Positions 21,822 through 31,484 of a DNA stretch of 64,000 nt are shown here, in pieces; positions within the stretch are counted from its first letter, which is position 1, and each line of letters starts with the position of its first letter. The translations under genes were made by a program, and so were the position numbers. The notes beneath the pieces were generated by a model. That model worked only from the letters and a program-made list of their open reading frames with translations. It made no database searches and was not told where the DNA came from. The stretch comes from an uncultured Chloroflexia bacterium. GTDB taxonomy: Bacteria; Chloroflexota; Anaerolineae; CG2-30-64-16. The stretch is from contig CAWEMM010000006.1 in assembly GCA_963810095.1 (NCBI GenBank), positions 512,001 through 576,000 of the forward strand. Direction: 5' to 3'.

Positions 21822-22811
21822 ATGCGCGTACTCTTTATCGGCGGCACCGGCGTCATCAGTTCGGCCTGCTCGGCCCTCGCAGCCGAGCGCGGCATCGACC
21901 TGTACCTGCTGAACCGTGGGACATCTCAGCGGCCCATCCCACACGGGGCGCACGTCCTGCCGGCCGATATCGGCGACCGGGCCGCGACTGAAACGGCCCT
22001 GGCTCGCCTCTCGTTCGACGCGGTGGTGAACTGGATCGCCTACACGCCCGACCAGGTGCAGCGGGACCTGGACCTGTTCCGCGGGCGGACGGGCCAATAC
22101 ATCTTCATCAGCTCGGCCACCGTTTATCGCAAGCCGCCCACCCGCCTGCCGATCACCGAGTCGATGCCACTTGGCAACCCCTTCTGGGAGTATGCGCGCA
22201 ACAAGCTGGCGTGCGAGGAGTTGCTGACGACCGCTTATCGTCATGAAGACTTCCCCGCCGTCATCGTGCGCCCCTCACACACTTACGACCGGACCAAGCT
22301 GCCCTGTTCGGGTGGGTACACCTCGGTTGCGCGGATGCGGGCGGGCAAGCCGGTCGTCGTCCACGGCGACGGCACCTCGACGTGGGTCCTGACCCACCAT
22401 GCCGACTTCGCGAAGGGTTTCGTCGGGCTGCTCGGCAATGCCTGCACGCTGGGCGAGGCATTTCACATCACAAGCGATGAAGTGCTGTCGTGGAACCAAA
22501 TTTACGGCATGATCGCCCGGGCGGCGGGCGCGGAGCCGAAAATCGTCCACGCGCCGGCGGACCTGATCGTACGCCATCATCAGGACTGGGGCGACGGACT
22601 GCTGGGCGACAAGTCGCACAGCGTGCTGTTCGATAACAGCAAGATCAAGGCGTTCGTCCCCGACTTCGCCTGCACCATCCCCTTCTCGGTCGGCGTGCAG
22701 GAAGTCATGACCTGGTTCGACGCAGACCCGGCCCGGCAGGTCATCGATCCGGGATTCGACCGGGCGATGGATGAGGTCGTGGAGGCAATGGGACGGGCGA
22801 TGGGCGCATGA
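21822..22811 (+). CDS. NAD-dependent epimerase/dehydratase (extended SDR)
   Basis: GGTGVIS, FISS, YARNK (YxxxK), VRPSHTY; GGAGG SD. Confidence 0.92.
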   Translation: MRVLFIGGTGVISSACSALAAERGIDLYLLNRGTSQRPIPHGAHVLPADIGDRAATETALARLSFDAVVNWIAYTPDQVQRDLDLFRGRTGQYIFISSATVYRKPPTRLPITESMPLGNPFWEYARNKLACEELLTTAYRHEDFPAVIVRPSHTYDRTKLPCSGGYTSVARMRAGKPVVVHGDGTSTWVLTHHADFAKGFVGLLGNACTLGEAFHITSDEVLSWNQIYGMIARAAGAEPKIVHAPADLIVRHHQDWGDGLLGDKSHSVLFDNSKIKAFVPDFACTIPFSVGVQEVMTWFDADPARQVIDPGFDRAMDEVVEAMGRAMGA

Positions 22812-23705
22812 GAGTTTGAGTAACCGGGTTGCTGCACCCTCCCTCGGCCGAGGCGAAACCCAGTTACTTAGGGCGAGGAGAACACCCGTGGCCGCACCCG
22901 CCGCGTCTAACGGTCGCAGAAACCCGGTTCTTAGGGCGACGAGACCACCCATGAACGCACCCGCCACCGGGCCGTAATGCTTGCGGTAAAAGTACGCCAG
23001 GCTGCGATAATAGGCGGCGCGCGCCTGTGGGTTCTGATTCAAGCTGGCGCCGCCGATGTGCAGCACCTCGGCGCGCGGGTTGTACCACACCTGCCAGCCG
23101 GCCAACCGCATCCGCCGGCACCAGTCATCATCCTCGAAATACATGAACATGGCTTCGTCCAGCCCACCGACCTGTTCGACCACCTCGCACCGGACCACCA
23201 GGCATGCGCCCGAAACCCAGTCGAACTGCTGTGGCTCCGCCACATCCCAGTCATGCAGATACCCTTTACGCGCGTGCGCCAGGGCCCGCCTCATCAGATA
23301 CCACGGGGAAGGGTCGCCGCCAAAGGCATAGGGCTGGGCCGTGCCGTCGGGCCGGACGAGGCGCGGGCTCGCCGCGGCGGCCCGTGGGTGCGCGTCCATG
23401 AAGCGGACCATCTCGGTCAGCGAGCCCGGGCGGGGCTCCGTGTCCGGGTTGAGCAGCACGGCAAAGCGGCCCACCGCCCGCGCGAGGCCCTGGTTATTGG
23501 CCCGTGCGAAGCCAACATTTTCCCGGTTCTGCAACAGCTGCAAGCCGGGCTGCCCTGCCAACCAGCCCGCCGTCCCATCGGTCGAGGCATTGTCCACGAC
23601 GATGATCTCGGTCGCGAGACCTTCGGTCGCGGCGGGCAGTGCGGCCAGGCACGCGCTTAGCAGCGAGCGGACATTCCAGGAAACGAGGATGACGGAGAGA
23701 TCCAC
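22275..23705 (-). CDS. Glycosyltransferase family 2 (recognisable domain ends near 22950; the tail is probably spurious)
   Basis: VVDNAS.DG, N.GFA.ANN, LLNPD, VSGAC, MYFEDDD. The ORF runs 537 nt into the opposite-strand epimerase. Confidence 0.85.
   Translation of the reverse strand: MDLSVILVSWNVRSLLSACLAALPAATEGLATEIIVVDNASTDGTAGWLAGQPGLQLLQNRENVGFARANNQGLARAVGRFAVLLNPDTEPRPGSLTEMVRFMDAHPRAAAASPRLVRPDGTAQPYAFGGDPSPWYLMRRALAHARKGYLHDWDVAEPQQFDWVSGACLVVRCEVVEQVGGLDEAMFMYFEDDDWCRRMRLAGWQVWYNPRAEVLHIGGASLNQNPQARAAYYRSLAYFYRKHYGPVAGAFMGGLVALRTGFLRPLDAAGAATGVLLALSNWVSPRPREGAATRLLKLSCAHRPSHCLHDLIHRPVESRIDDLPGRVCVEPGHDFLHADREGDGAGEVGDERLDLAVIEQHAVRLVAQQSVAPVLMMAYDQVRRRVDDFRLRARRPGDHAVNLVPRQHFIACDVKCLAQRAGIAEQPDETLREVGMVGQDPRRGAVAVDDDRLARPHPRNRGVPTRTGQLGPVVSV
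22855..22965. repeat. Imperfect direct repeat, ~47 bp x2, period ~63-64
   Basis: GAAACCCAGTTACTTAGGGCGAGGAGAACACCCGTGGCCGCACCCGCC vs GAAACCCGGTTCTTAGGGCGACGAGACCACCCATGAACGCACCCGCC. Confidence 0.7.
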
Positions 23706-23707
23706 GC

Positions 23708-24996
23708 TCAGGCGCGCTCCAGCACCGCATCAAAGACCTGCGCGAGCATCCCGGTCAGCGCGCGCCGCTCGAACCGCGGCCGAGCCTCGGCAAACCCGTC
23801 CCACTCGTGGCCCGAAGCCTGCCGGCGCATCAACTCGCCGATGGCGGCGGCGATCGCGGCCGCATCCGCCGGAGGAACGGTCAGGCCGATCTCGAAACGG
23901 TCCACGATCTGGGCGGCTGCGTTGTCCTGCGCCAGTGCGAGGATCGGCCGGCCCGCGCCGATGTAGTCGTACAGCTTCGACGTGGCCACGCTGCGCACCC
24001 CCGGCGCAGTCACCAACAGCAGCGCGTCCGCGTCGACCTGGTGCTGGTACGCCTCGCGACGGGGGACGGGCGTCACGAACGAAACGAGGTCTGCCACTCC
24101 GTAACGCCGTGCTGCGGCCTGCTCGGCCTCCGTTGTCGGGCCGACAATTTCGAGCCGCAGGCGCGTCTCGGGGTCGTCCCGGTAAATCGCGGCCACCGCC
24201 GCGAAGAGCGCGTCGGCCGACCGTCCCTGGCTGCTGCCTGAGAACGCGCCGGTGTAGGTCAGGCGGAAGAAACGGTCTTCGCCCCGCCGGCGGGTCAGCG
24301 GCGCAAAGTCGGCCGCGTCGTAGCCGTTGCTGATCGTCACGACCCGGCCCGGCATGCCGGCATACCGCGTCGCCAAGTCCTCAGTGATCGGGTCAGTGAC
24401 CGTCGTAACCGCGGCCGCCGAGCGCGCCATAGTGCGCTCCATGCGCCCTTCAATCCACCGGCGGAGCCACCCTTGACGGAGCCTCGGAACGGGCGGCTCG
24501 AACAGCCACCCGTCGCGGAGGTCGGCCACCCAAGGCGTGCGGGTGGCGCGCGCGAGCGAGCCCGCGATCAGGTGCGCCGTTTCGGGGGGCGAGCTGCTGA
24601 AGATGATGGCGGGCCGGCGCTCTGCGATGAGCCGCTTGCCGAGTGAGACCGCGGGGATACGCCAACCGATCTTCGTGTCGGGGATCATCAGCTCGTCGCG
24701 CAGACGCCCCAGGGTGCTGCCCGATGCGACGGTTGCGATTCGCACCTGGTCCTCGGCCGGCGCGCCCCCGCCTTGCCGCGGCGAAGTGGGCTGAAGAGCC
24801 GGTGCACCAGGTCATCCGCACGGTGCACGTCTCGCAGCCCGTCGTCCGACCGCCCACCATACCGCCCGGTTGTCAGGATAATGGGCTTGTACCCGAACTC
24901 GGGCAGGTACTGGCTGAACTTCAGCACCCGCTCGGTGCCGGCCGAGTGGATTGGGGGATAGTCGTGAACGACGATCAGAACGCTGCGCTCAGTCAT
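23708..24996 (-). CDS. Glycosyltransferase family 4, split by a frameshift in a G-run near 24767
   Basis: YPP..SAG..R, DLRDGW, NGYD, SKLYDY...RPIL. Adding one G joins the frames. Confidence 0.87.
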
Positions 24997-25901
24997 GCAC
25001 GCGGAGCCCCCTTGGCCGGTGTCACGCCCATCGCATCCAGCATTTGCCGGATTGCCCGGTCGCGGCCGTATACCTCACGCAGGTGTTGTGCCCCGGCCAC
25101 GTTGATGGGGCAGCCTTCGTCCAGGATGGCCGTGAGCGCGGCGGCCGCTTCGTCCTCGTTGGTCGCATGGTGGCAGCCCTGAAACGCATACCGGAAAACC
25201 ACCTGGTTACCGTAGGCCAGCGCCTCACGGACCATCTTGGGCAGCCCATCGTGCCGGGTGATGCGCACGAGGATCGGATAGCGGTCGTAGAGCGGCCGCA
25301 TGTCCTGGGTCCAGCCGAGATAAGTCATATTGGGAATCGCGGGCTGGTTCTCCGAAGTCCCGGCGACGACGGCGAACGGCATGTCGGGGAAGCGGCGCGC
25401 CAGGGCCCAGACGACGGGGGCGCCGTAGAAGTCGGCCCGCTCGTCGGGCAGGTAGGCGAGCACGCCCGGTCGCCCCGGCTCGGTCCGGAGATCAAACCCG
25501 ATGGCCGAAGGCAGGGGGATCATCTGGGCCGCGATGCCGATCGTCTTCAGTTCCTCGACGAGCCAGGGTGCGTCGGCCAGATTCGTCTGGATGAACCGGG
25601 TTGCCTGCATGGCTTTGCGCCGCATGGCCGGATTCGTGACTGCGGTGAGCACATCGGTGCCCACCCAGTAGTTGACCGTGCGCTTGCCCATCGCCCGGGC
25701 CGCCGCCCACATCTTGTCGGCAAAGCCGAATCCCGTGCCGACCACCACCTGCGCCTGGGCCATCTTGCGGATTTTGGACGCGCCGGGCTCGTCCCGGTGA
25801 ATGCGAATCGCCCGGCTGCCCGCGGCCTCGACGTGCCGCGCGACGATCTCGCTGTTCTCCGCAGCCGTCTCAAACGTCCCGAACACCGCCACAGTCGTCA
25901 C
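24993..25901 (-). CDS. Putative GT-B glycosyltransferase
   Basis: GTG overlaps the flippase TGA. YWVGTDV, YLGW, HDGLPKMVREALAYG. Confidence 0.78.
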   Translation of the reverse strand: MTTVAVFGTFETAAENSEIVARHVEAAGSRAIRIHRDEPGASKIRKMAQAQVVVGTGFGFADKMWAAARAMGKRTVNYWVGTDVLTAVTNPAMRRKAMQATRFIQTNLADAPWLVEELKTIGIAAQMIPLPSAIGFDLRTEPGRPGVLAYLPDERADFYGAPVVWALARRFPDMPFAVVAGTSENQPAIPNMTYLGWTQDMRPLYDRYPILVRITRHDGLPKMVREALAYGNQVVFRYAFQGCHHATNEDEAAAALTAILDEGCPINVAGAQHLREVYGRDRAIRQMLDAMGVTPAKGAPRA

Positions 25902-27401
25902 TGGTTCCTCCCCCTGGCGAAACGCGAGCGCAGCACGGCCAGCCGGCCGCGGGCCGCTGCGATGCCGAGCGCAAGCTCCTGCCGGCTGACTGCGGTCACC
26001 AGCCACACGACGGTGAGGACTGCGCCGGCCGCGTAGGGCAGGATGCCTGCAGAGGGCAACAGCGCCAGGATCAGCAGCAGCGCCACCGACCTGAGGAGCA
26101 GCCACAGGTTCCGAGCGGCGAGATGGAAGCTTGCGTACCGGGCAATATACCACCAGCTCAGCATAACCTGCACGAGCTGGCTCACCGCATAAGCGACCAC
26201 GGCCCCGGGCAGCCCCATCGTGCCGAGCAGTGCCCAACTCAGCGGAATGACGACGATCGTGGAGCTGACGTTGATCCAGAGCCAGGGCCAGACGCGGCCT
26301 AAGGGCAGAATGACCAGGCCGAACGCCCACGCCAGCGCCAGGAAAAAGTCGCCGATGGCCTGGATGGGGAAGAGCCCTTCGGCGGGCAGGAACTGGGGAC
26401 TGTAGAAGACGATCAGCCCGACCTTGCGCAGCAGCACCACCCCGGCCAGGATAGGGATCATCACCAGGGCCACCAGGCGGACGTTGTTGTTGATTTCCTC
26501 GTTGAGCTGCGGCTCGCGCGTCGGGTCGGAAGCGGGCCGGCTGGCCACGGCCGAGAGTTGGGCGAAGGAGTAGGCGGCCATCGCGCCTGTGACCAGGGTC
26601 ACGTATTGCACCGACAAGCCGTACACGGCCTGGTAGAGGCCGTTGGGCTCGACGCCCAGGCGCTGGACGACAAAGGTGCGCACCAGGAGCACGGCGGCCA
26701 TATTGGTCGCGGCTGACGATCAGGCTCGCGCCGCCGTAGCGCACCAGGGTGCGGAGCATGGCCCACGTAAACGCGGCCCACCTCAACAGGTGGGAGTTGC
26801 CGCGGCGCAGCCAGAACCACCAGTACAACGCCGCGTTGATGGCCCAGGTGAGCGCAATGTTGATGACCGCGCCTTCGACCCCAAGCAGCCACACCAAGGG
26901 GATCACGGTCGCGAAGCTCAGCGCCGCGCTGAAGACGTTCGCAAGCGCCAGCGCCCGGACCTCTTTGTGACCCTGCAGGAAGGCCCGGCCGAGATTGTAC
27001 AGCACGGCAAACGGAACGCTGGCGAGGCTGATGCCGACCAGGAGGACAAGCGAGGTGTCCTGAACCGCCCACTGCGCAAGCGGACGCACGAACGCGAGCG
27101 CCAGCACCGTGCCCACTAATGACGTGATGAGGACCGCGACCGTGCTGGTGGTTGCGACCTGGGCCGCCGAAGAATCGTCACGATGCTCCTGGGCGGCGGC
27201 GAGATACTTCGCGACGCCCTGGCCCAAGCCGAGGAACAGGATGGGGGTAAGGGTATTAATGAGGGCGTTGGCCTGCGCGGTGATGCCGAGGCCATAGGGA
27301 CCCAGAAGCACGGCGACGAGCTTGGTGCGAACCAGGTTGATGACCATGGTTGCAACCGTGGCCGCACCCATCGTCACGGTGGCCTTCAGCAGCGCGCGAA
27401 T
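25898..27401 (-). CDS. Wzx-type oligosaccharide flippase, split by a +1 frameshift near 26711
   Basis: RTKLVAVLLGP.GLG, LGLGQGVAKY, GLYQA; many TM helices. The start is uncertain (ATT 27401 or GTG 27377). Confidence 0.85.
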
Positions 27402-27404
27402 GGC

Positions 27405-28463
27405 TCAGCCCTCCGTTTCGGCCCCGCTCAGGACGGCCACGATCTTCTCGCTCGCCCGGCCGTCGCCAAAGACGGGAGGCGGCGCTTCGGCCGGCCACGG
27501 TTGGTTGACCGTCGCAAGCAAGGTTTTCGCGTCACCCCAGGCCAGCCGGTTCCAGCCCGCGGCTACGGTTTCCACCCACTCGGTCTCGGGCCGGAGCGTA
27601 ATGCAGGGCACGGCGAAGAAGTAGGCTTCCTTCTGCACGCCGCCCGAATCGGTCAGGATCAGGCCGGCGTTCTGCTCGAGGGCCAGCATGTCCAGGTAGC
27701 CGACGGGGTCGACGACGTGAAGGCCGCTCACGTCACGGCCCGCCAGCCGCGCCCGCGTGCGGGGGTGGACGGGAAACACCACCTGCAGATCCAGCTGCTG
27801 CAAGGCGTCGAGAACGACGCCGAGGCGGTCGGGATCGTCGACGTTATACGGGCGATGGAGCGTGGCGAGCGCGTAACCCTTGGGCTGCACGCCCAGCCGG
27901 GCCAGGATGGTCGAGCGTTCGCGTGCCACGGCCGAAAACTGCAGCGCCGCGTCGTACATAACATCGCCAACCACGTGCACCCCTCGCAGCACGCCTTCCT
28001 TGCGGAGCTCGTCCGCGGCATTGTTCGTGGGGCAGAAGAGCACGTCGGAGCAGTGGTCGGCCAGCACGCGGTTGTGCTCCTCCGGCATGGTCCGATTGAA
28101 GCTCCGCAGGCCCGCCTCGACATGCGCGACGGGCATGCCCAGCTTGGCCGCAGCCAGCGCGCCCGCCAGGGTCGAGTTCGTGTCGCCGTAGACCAGCGTC
28201 CAGTCGGGCCGCTCGCGCAGCAACACCTCTTCCAGCCGGATCAGCATCTGTCCCGTCTGCCAGCCGTGCCCGCCCGAGCCGACGCCCAGCTCGTAGTCGG
28301 GCCGCGGGATGTTGAGCTCCTCGAAGAAGAGCTCCGACATCTCGCGGTCGTAGTGCTGCCCGGTGTGGACCAACACCTCGGTGTGCGACCGGCGCAGGAC
28401 GCGGCCTACGGCCGCAGCCTTGACGAACTGCGGCCGGGCGCCGACGACGGTAAGAACTTTCAT
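27405..28463 (-). CDS. wecB: UDP-N-acetylglucosamine 2-epimerase, non-hydrolysing (WecB/WbpI-like)
   Basis: VGARPQFVK, HTGQHYD, HVEAGLRS, TDSGGVQKEA. Confidence 0.94.
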   Translation of the reverse strand: MKVLTVVGARPQFVKAAAVGRVLRRSHTEVLVHTGQHYDREMSELFFEELNIPRPDYELGVGSGGHGWQTGQMLIRLEEVLLRERPDWTLVYGDTNSTLAGALAAAKLGMPVAHVEAGLRSFNRTMPEEHNRVLADHCSDVLFCPTNNAADELRKEGVLRGVHVVGDVMYDAALQFSAVARERSTILARLGVQPKGYALATLHRPYNVDDPDRLGVVLDALQQLDLQVVFPVHPRTRARLAGRDVSGLHVVDPVGYLDMLALEQNAGLILTDSGGVQKEAYFFAVPCITLRPETEWVETVAAGWNRLAWGDAKTLLATVNQPWPAEAPPPVFGDGRASEKIVAVLSGAETEG

Positions 28464-28480
28464 CCCGCGTTAATTCAGAG

Positions 28481-29629
28481 TCAATCGTAGGCAGCCGCGA
28501 CCGCCGCGACCACTGCCCGCTGCATCTCCTCGGTCAGCTCGGGATAGATCGGCAGCGCGACGGTTTCTTTGGCAGCCAACTCCGCGTGCGGCAGGTCACC
28601 CGGCTGGTATCCCAGCCCGGCGAAGCACTCCTGCAGGTGCAGCGGGACGGGGTAGTAAATCTCGCACCCGATCTTGCGCTCCTTCAGCTTGGCCATCACC
28701 GCGTCGCGGCGGCCGGTGCGAATCACGAACTGGTTGTAGATGTGCCTGCGCCCGGGCTCCTCGGTCGGCATGACGGCGCCCTGCTTGCCTTGGGCTGCCG
28801 GCCCGTCCACCACCAGGTTGGCCTCCGCGAACAGCGCGCGGTAGCGGTCGGCGTTGGCCCGCCGGCCTTCCGTCCACCCGTCGAGGTATTTCAGCTTGAT
28901 CCGCAAGATTGCGGCCTGCAGCGCGTCCAGCCGGAAATTGCCGCCGACCATCTTGTGATAGTACTTCGGCTCGGCGCCGTGGTTCCGCAGCAGCTTCGCC
29001 TTGTGGGCCAGGCCGGGGTCGTTCGCCGTCACCATGCCGCCGTCGCCAAAGCCGCCCAGATTCTTGGAGGGGAAGAAGCTGAAGCAGCCGAAGTCGCCGA
29101 TCGAACCGGCCCGACGGCCCTTGTACTCAGAGCCGATGGCCTGGGCCGCGTCCTCGACCACGACCAGGTTGTGCCGCCGTGCGACGTCCATGATGGGATC
29201 CATGTCGGCCATCTGCCCGTACAAGTGCACGGGGATGATGGCCCGCGTCTTAGGTGTGATGGCCGCCTCGATGCGCGCCGCGTCGATGTTGTAGCTGAAC
29301 GGGTCGATATCGACGAAGACCGGAACCGCGCCCAGCCGCTCGATGCAGCCGGCGGTGGCAAAAAAGCTATACGGCGTCGTGATGACCTCGTCGCCCGGCC
29401 GGATGCCCATCGTCATCAGCGACACGATCAGGGCGTCGGTGCCCGACGTCACGCCGATGCCGAACTGGGCCTGCGAATACTGTGCGACTTCCTTCTCCAG
29501 CGCCTCGACTTCGGGGCCGCCGATGAAGTACTGCGCGTCGCATACCCGGTCCATCGCCGCCCGCACTTCTTCGCGAATCGGCGCATACTGCGCCTTCAGG
29601 TCCAACAGAGGGATAGGTTGATCGTACAC
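28481..29629 (-). CDS. DegT/DnrJ/EryC1/StrS aminotransferase (WbpE-like)
   Basis: [31 protein letters not shown]. Confidence 0.94.
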   Translation of the reverse strand: MYDQPIPLLDLKAQYAPIREEVRAAMDRVCDAQYFIGGPEVEALEKEVAQYSQAQFGIGVTSGTDALIVSLMTMGIRPGDEVITTPYSFFATAGCIERLGAVPVFVDIDPFSYNIDAARIEAAITPKTRAIIPVHLYGQMADMDPIMDVARRHNLVVVEDAAQAIGSEYKGRRAGSIGDFGCFSFFPSKNLGGFGDGGMVTANDPGLAHKAKLLRNHGAEPKYYHKMVGGNFRLDALQAAILRIKLKYLDGWTEGRRANADRYRALFAEANLVVDGPAAQGKQGAVMPTEEPGRRHIYNQFVIRTGRRDAVMAKLKERKIGCEIYYPVPLHLQECFAGLGYQPGDLPHAELAAKETVALPIYPELTEEMQRAVVAAVAAAYD

Positions 29630-29660
29630 AAAGGGTTCCTTTCAACGGGAGCGGAATAGC

Positions 29661-29744
29661 ACACTGATCGATTTGATTGGACAGATCTACCCGATCGCGA
29701 TTAAAAGATCATGTAAATCCGACAGATCAGTTCAATCTGCGTCC
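29661..29744. repeat. 9-nt-periodic GAT/ATC palindromic element (copy 1)
   Basis: GAT at 29666/29675/29684/29693 and ATC at 29708/29717/29726/29735; ends GTTCAATCTGCGTCC. Confidence 0.8.
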
Positions 29745-30355
29745 TATTCTATCGCTTTGTCTTCCGGCCAATCCAGGCAGCGGAGAACGCCCGGCTCGAC
29801 CTCCTGGTAGCGCCAGCCGCTCTCAGGGCAGACCATGATGCCGTCGGGGCCTGGCTTGGGCAAGCGGTGGCCGTGGCGGCTCATCCAGCCGGCCCGGCGG
29901 GCGGGCACGCCGATCATCAGCGCGTAGTCGGGGACGTCGCCGCGGACGACCGCGCCGGCCGCGATGAAGGCGTACCGGCCCAGCGTCGCGCCGCAAACGA
30001 TCGTCGCGTTGGCGCCGATGGTAGCGCCCCGGCGTACGGTCGTGGGCAAGTACTGGCTGTGCCGGACAATCTGCGAACGGGGGTTAATGACGTTCGTGAA
30101 CACGCACGACGGACCGCAGAAAACGTCGTCCTCGAGCTCGACGCCGGCGTAGAGCGAGACGTTGTTCTGGATCTTGCAGTTGTTCCCGATCACGACGTCG
30201 GAAGCAACAAAGACGTTCTGCCCCAGGTTACAACCGCGTCCGAGCTTGGCGTTCTTCATGACGTGGCAGAAATGCCAGATCTTCGTGCCCTCTCCGATCT
30301 CACACGGCTCGTCGACATAGGCACTAGGATGCACGTAATAGGGTTTGTCGGACAT
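29744..30355 (-). CDS. Hexapeptide-repeat N-acetyltransferase (WbpD/WlbB-like)
   Basis: KIWHFCH, GQNV, KIQNNVS, FTNV.NPRS, GVPAR..GWM. Confidence 0.92.
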   Translation of the reverse strand: MSDKPYYVHPSAYVDEPCEIGEGTKIWHFCHVMKNAKLGRGCNLGQNVFVASDVVIGNNCKIQNNVSLYAGVELEDDVFCGPSCVFTNVINPRSQIVRHSQYLPTTVRRGATIGANATIVCGATLGRYAFIAAGAVVRGDVPDYALMIGVPARRAGWMSRHGHRLPKPGPDGIMVCPESGWRYQEVEPGVLRCLDWPEDKAIE

Positions 30356-30369
30356 ATCTCACCTTTCCG

Positions 30370-30446
30370 CGACGAATGACACGAAGTGTACGATTGCACC
30401 GAGTTGGGCGCCACGTCAATTCGCGTAATTCGTCTAATTCGTGGCC
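30370..30446. repeat. 9-nt-periodic CGAAT/ATTCG palindromic element
   Basis: Minus strand GCCACGAAT-TAGACGAAT-TACGCGAAT...AATCGT-CTTCGT-ATTCGT. It overlaps the oxidoreductase stop. Confidence 0.75.
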
Positions 30447-31474
30447 ACTGTCACCGGTTCGCCGTTGAGCATCAGCGAGCGCTGGGCCGCGCCGAGGACC
30501 TGGAGCACGCGCTGGCCGCTCCGGCCGTCGGTCAGCGGCGGCACGCGCGACGCAATCGCTTGCAGGAACGCCTTGCACTCGAGGCGCAGCGGCTCGTCTT
30601 TCGCGAACGCCACTTGTTCGCCATCGCCCTTGATGGGCACCGGCTGGCCTTTCTCCACTTCGACACGTTGATCGTATAGCACGAGCTGCTTCGCCACGTC
30701 GTCGAAGCTCGCCATCTTGCGTGAGCCGATCACCACCAGCCGCTGCTCCTTGAACGGGTGCAGCCAAGACACGTGGATGTGGGCCCGCACGCCGTTGTCA
30801 AAGAGCAGGTTGGTCACGGTCACGTCGGCGATGTTCGGCTGGACGTACGCGCCGCCGGTCGCCACGACCTGGAGCGGCATGGAGCCCATCAGGCGCAGGA
30901 TGATCGCCACGTCGTGGGGCGCAAAGCTCCACAGGATGTTCTCCTCGCGGCGGACCTTCCCCAAGCTCAACCGGTTGGAGTAGATATACTGGACCTTGCC
31001 CAGTTCGCCCGCTCGCACCAGCTCGCTCAGGCGCACGATGGCCGGATGATATTCAAGCACATGGCCGACCATGAGGATACGGCCACCCGCCTCGGCCAGC
31101 CGCACCAGCTCCGCGCCTTCCTCCGCACGTAGCGCAAGGGGCTTCTCGACAAAGACGTCCTTGCCGGCAAGCAGCGCTTCACGCACCAGCTCGAAATGGG
31201 TCTCGGCCGGGGTGCTGATGACGACGCCCTCGGTGTCGGATGCAAGCGCGGCCTGTAGCTCGTCGACCACGGGGATGCCGGGCGCAAGACTGGCGGCGGT
31301 CTGGCGCCCGGCTTCCGTGACGTCGGCCACCAGCGCGAGGGTGCCCAGTTCCTTGAAGTTGCGCACCAGGTTCTTGCCCCAGTAGCCGCAGCCGATCACG
31401 GCCACTCGTGGGGCGGCCGGGCCAGGAACAGTCTGAACATTCGCCGGGCCGCCGGCGGGCGCAGGTAACGTCAT
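30434..31474 (-). CDS. Gfo/Idh/MocA oxidoreductase (WbpB/WlbA-like)
   Basis: GCGYWG, VEKPL, MVGH, SFAPHD. Confidence 0.92.
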   Translation of the reverse strand: MTLPAPAGGPANVQTVPGPAAPRVAVIGCGYWGKNLVRNFKELGTLALVADVTEAGRQTAASLAPGIPVVDELQAALASDTEGVVISTPAETHFELVREALLAGKDVFVEKPLALRAEEGAELVRLAEAGGRILMVGHVLEYHPAIVRLSELVRAGELGKVQYIYSNRLSLGKVRREENILWSFAPHDVAIILRLMGSMPLQVVATGGAYVQPNIADVTVTNLLFDNGVRAHIHVSWLHPFKEQRLVVIGSRKMASFDDVAKQLVLYDQRVEVEKGQPVPIKGDGEQVAFAKDEPLRLECKAFLQAIASRVPPLTDGRSGQRVLQVLGAAQRSLMLNGEPVTVATN

Positions 31475-31484
31475 ATATTCTCCC

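Noticed and set aside
24993-27377. Apparent 794-aa flippase-glycosyltransferase fusion
   Set aside because: Artefact of the frameshift near 26711. The middle is off-frame, and the GT has its own GTG overlapping the flippase stop.
27402-27407. Selenocysteine readthrough of the wecB TGA
   Set aside because: The epimerase is complete at the TGA, the position is not a Cys-equivalent, and I see no convincing SECIS hairpin.
29661-29744. Periodic repeats as a mini-CRISPR
   Set aside because: Units are 8-9 nt and inverted, with no 25-40-nt repeats or spacers and no cas genes.
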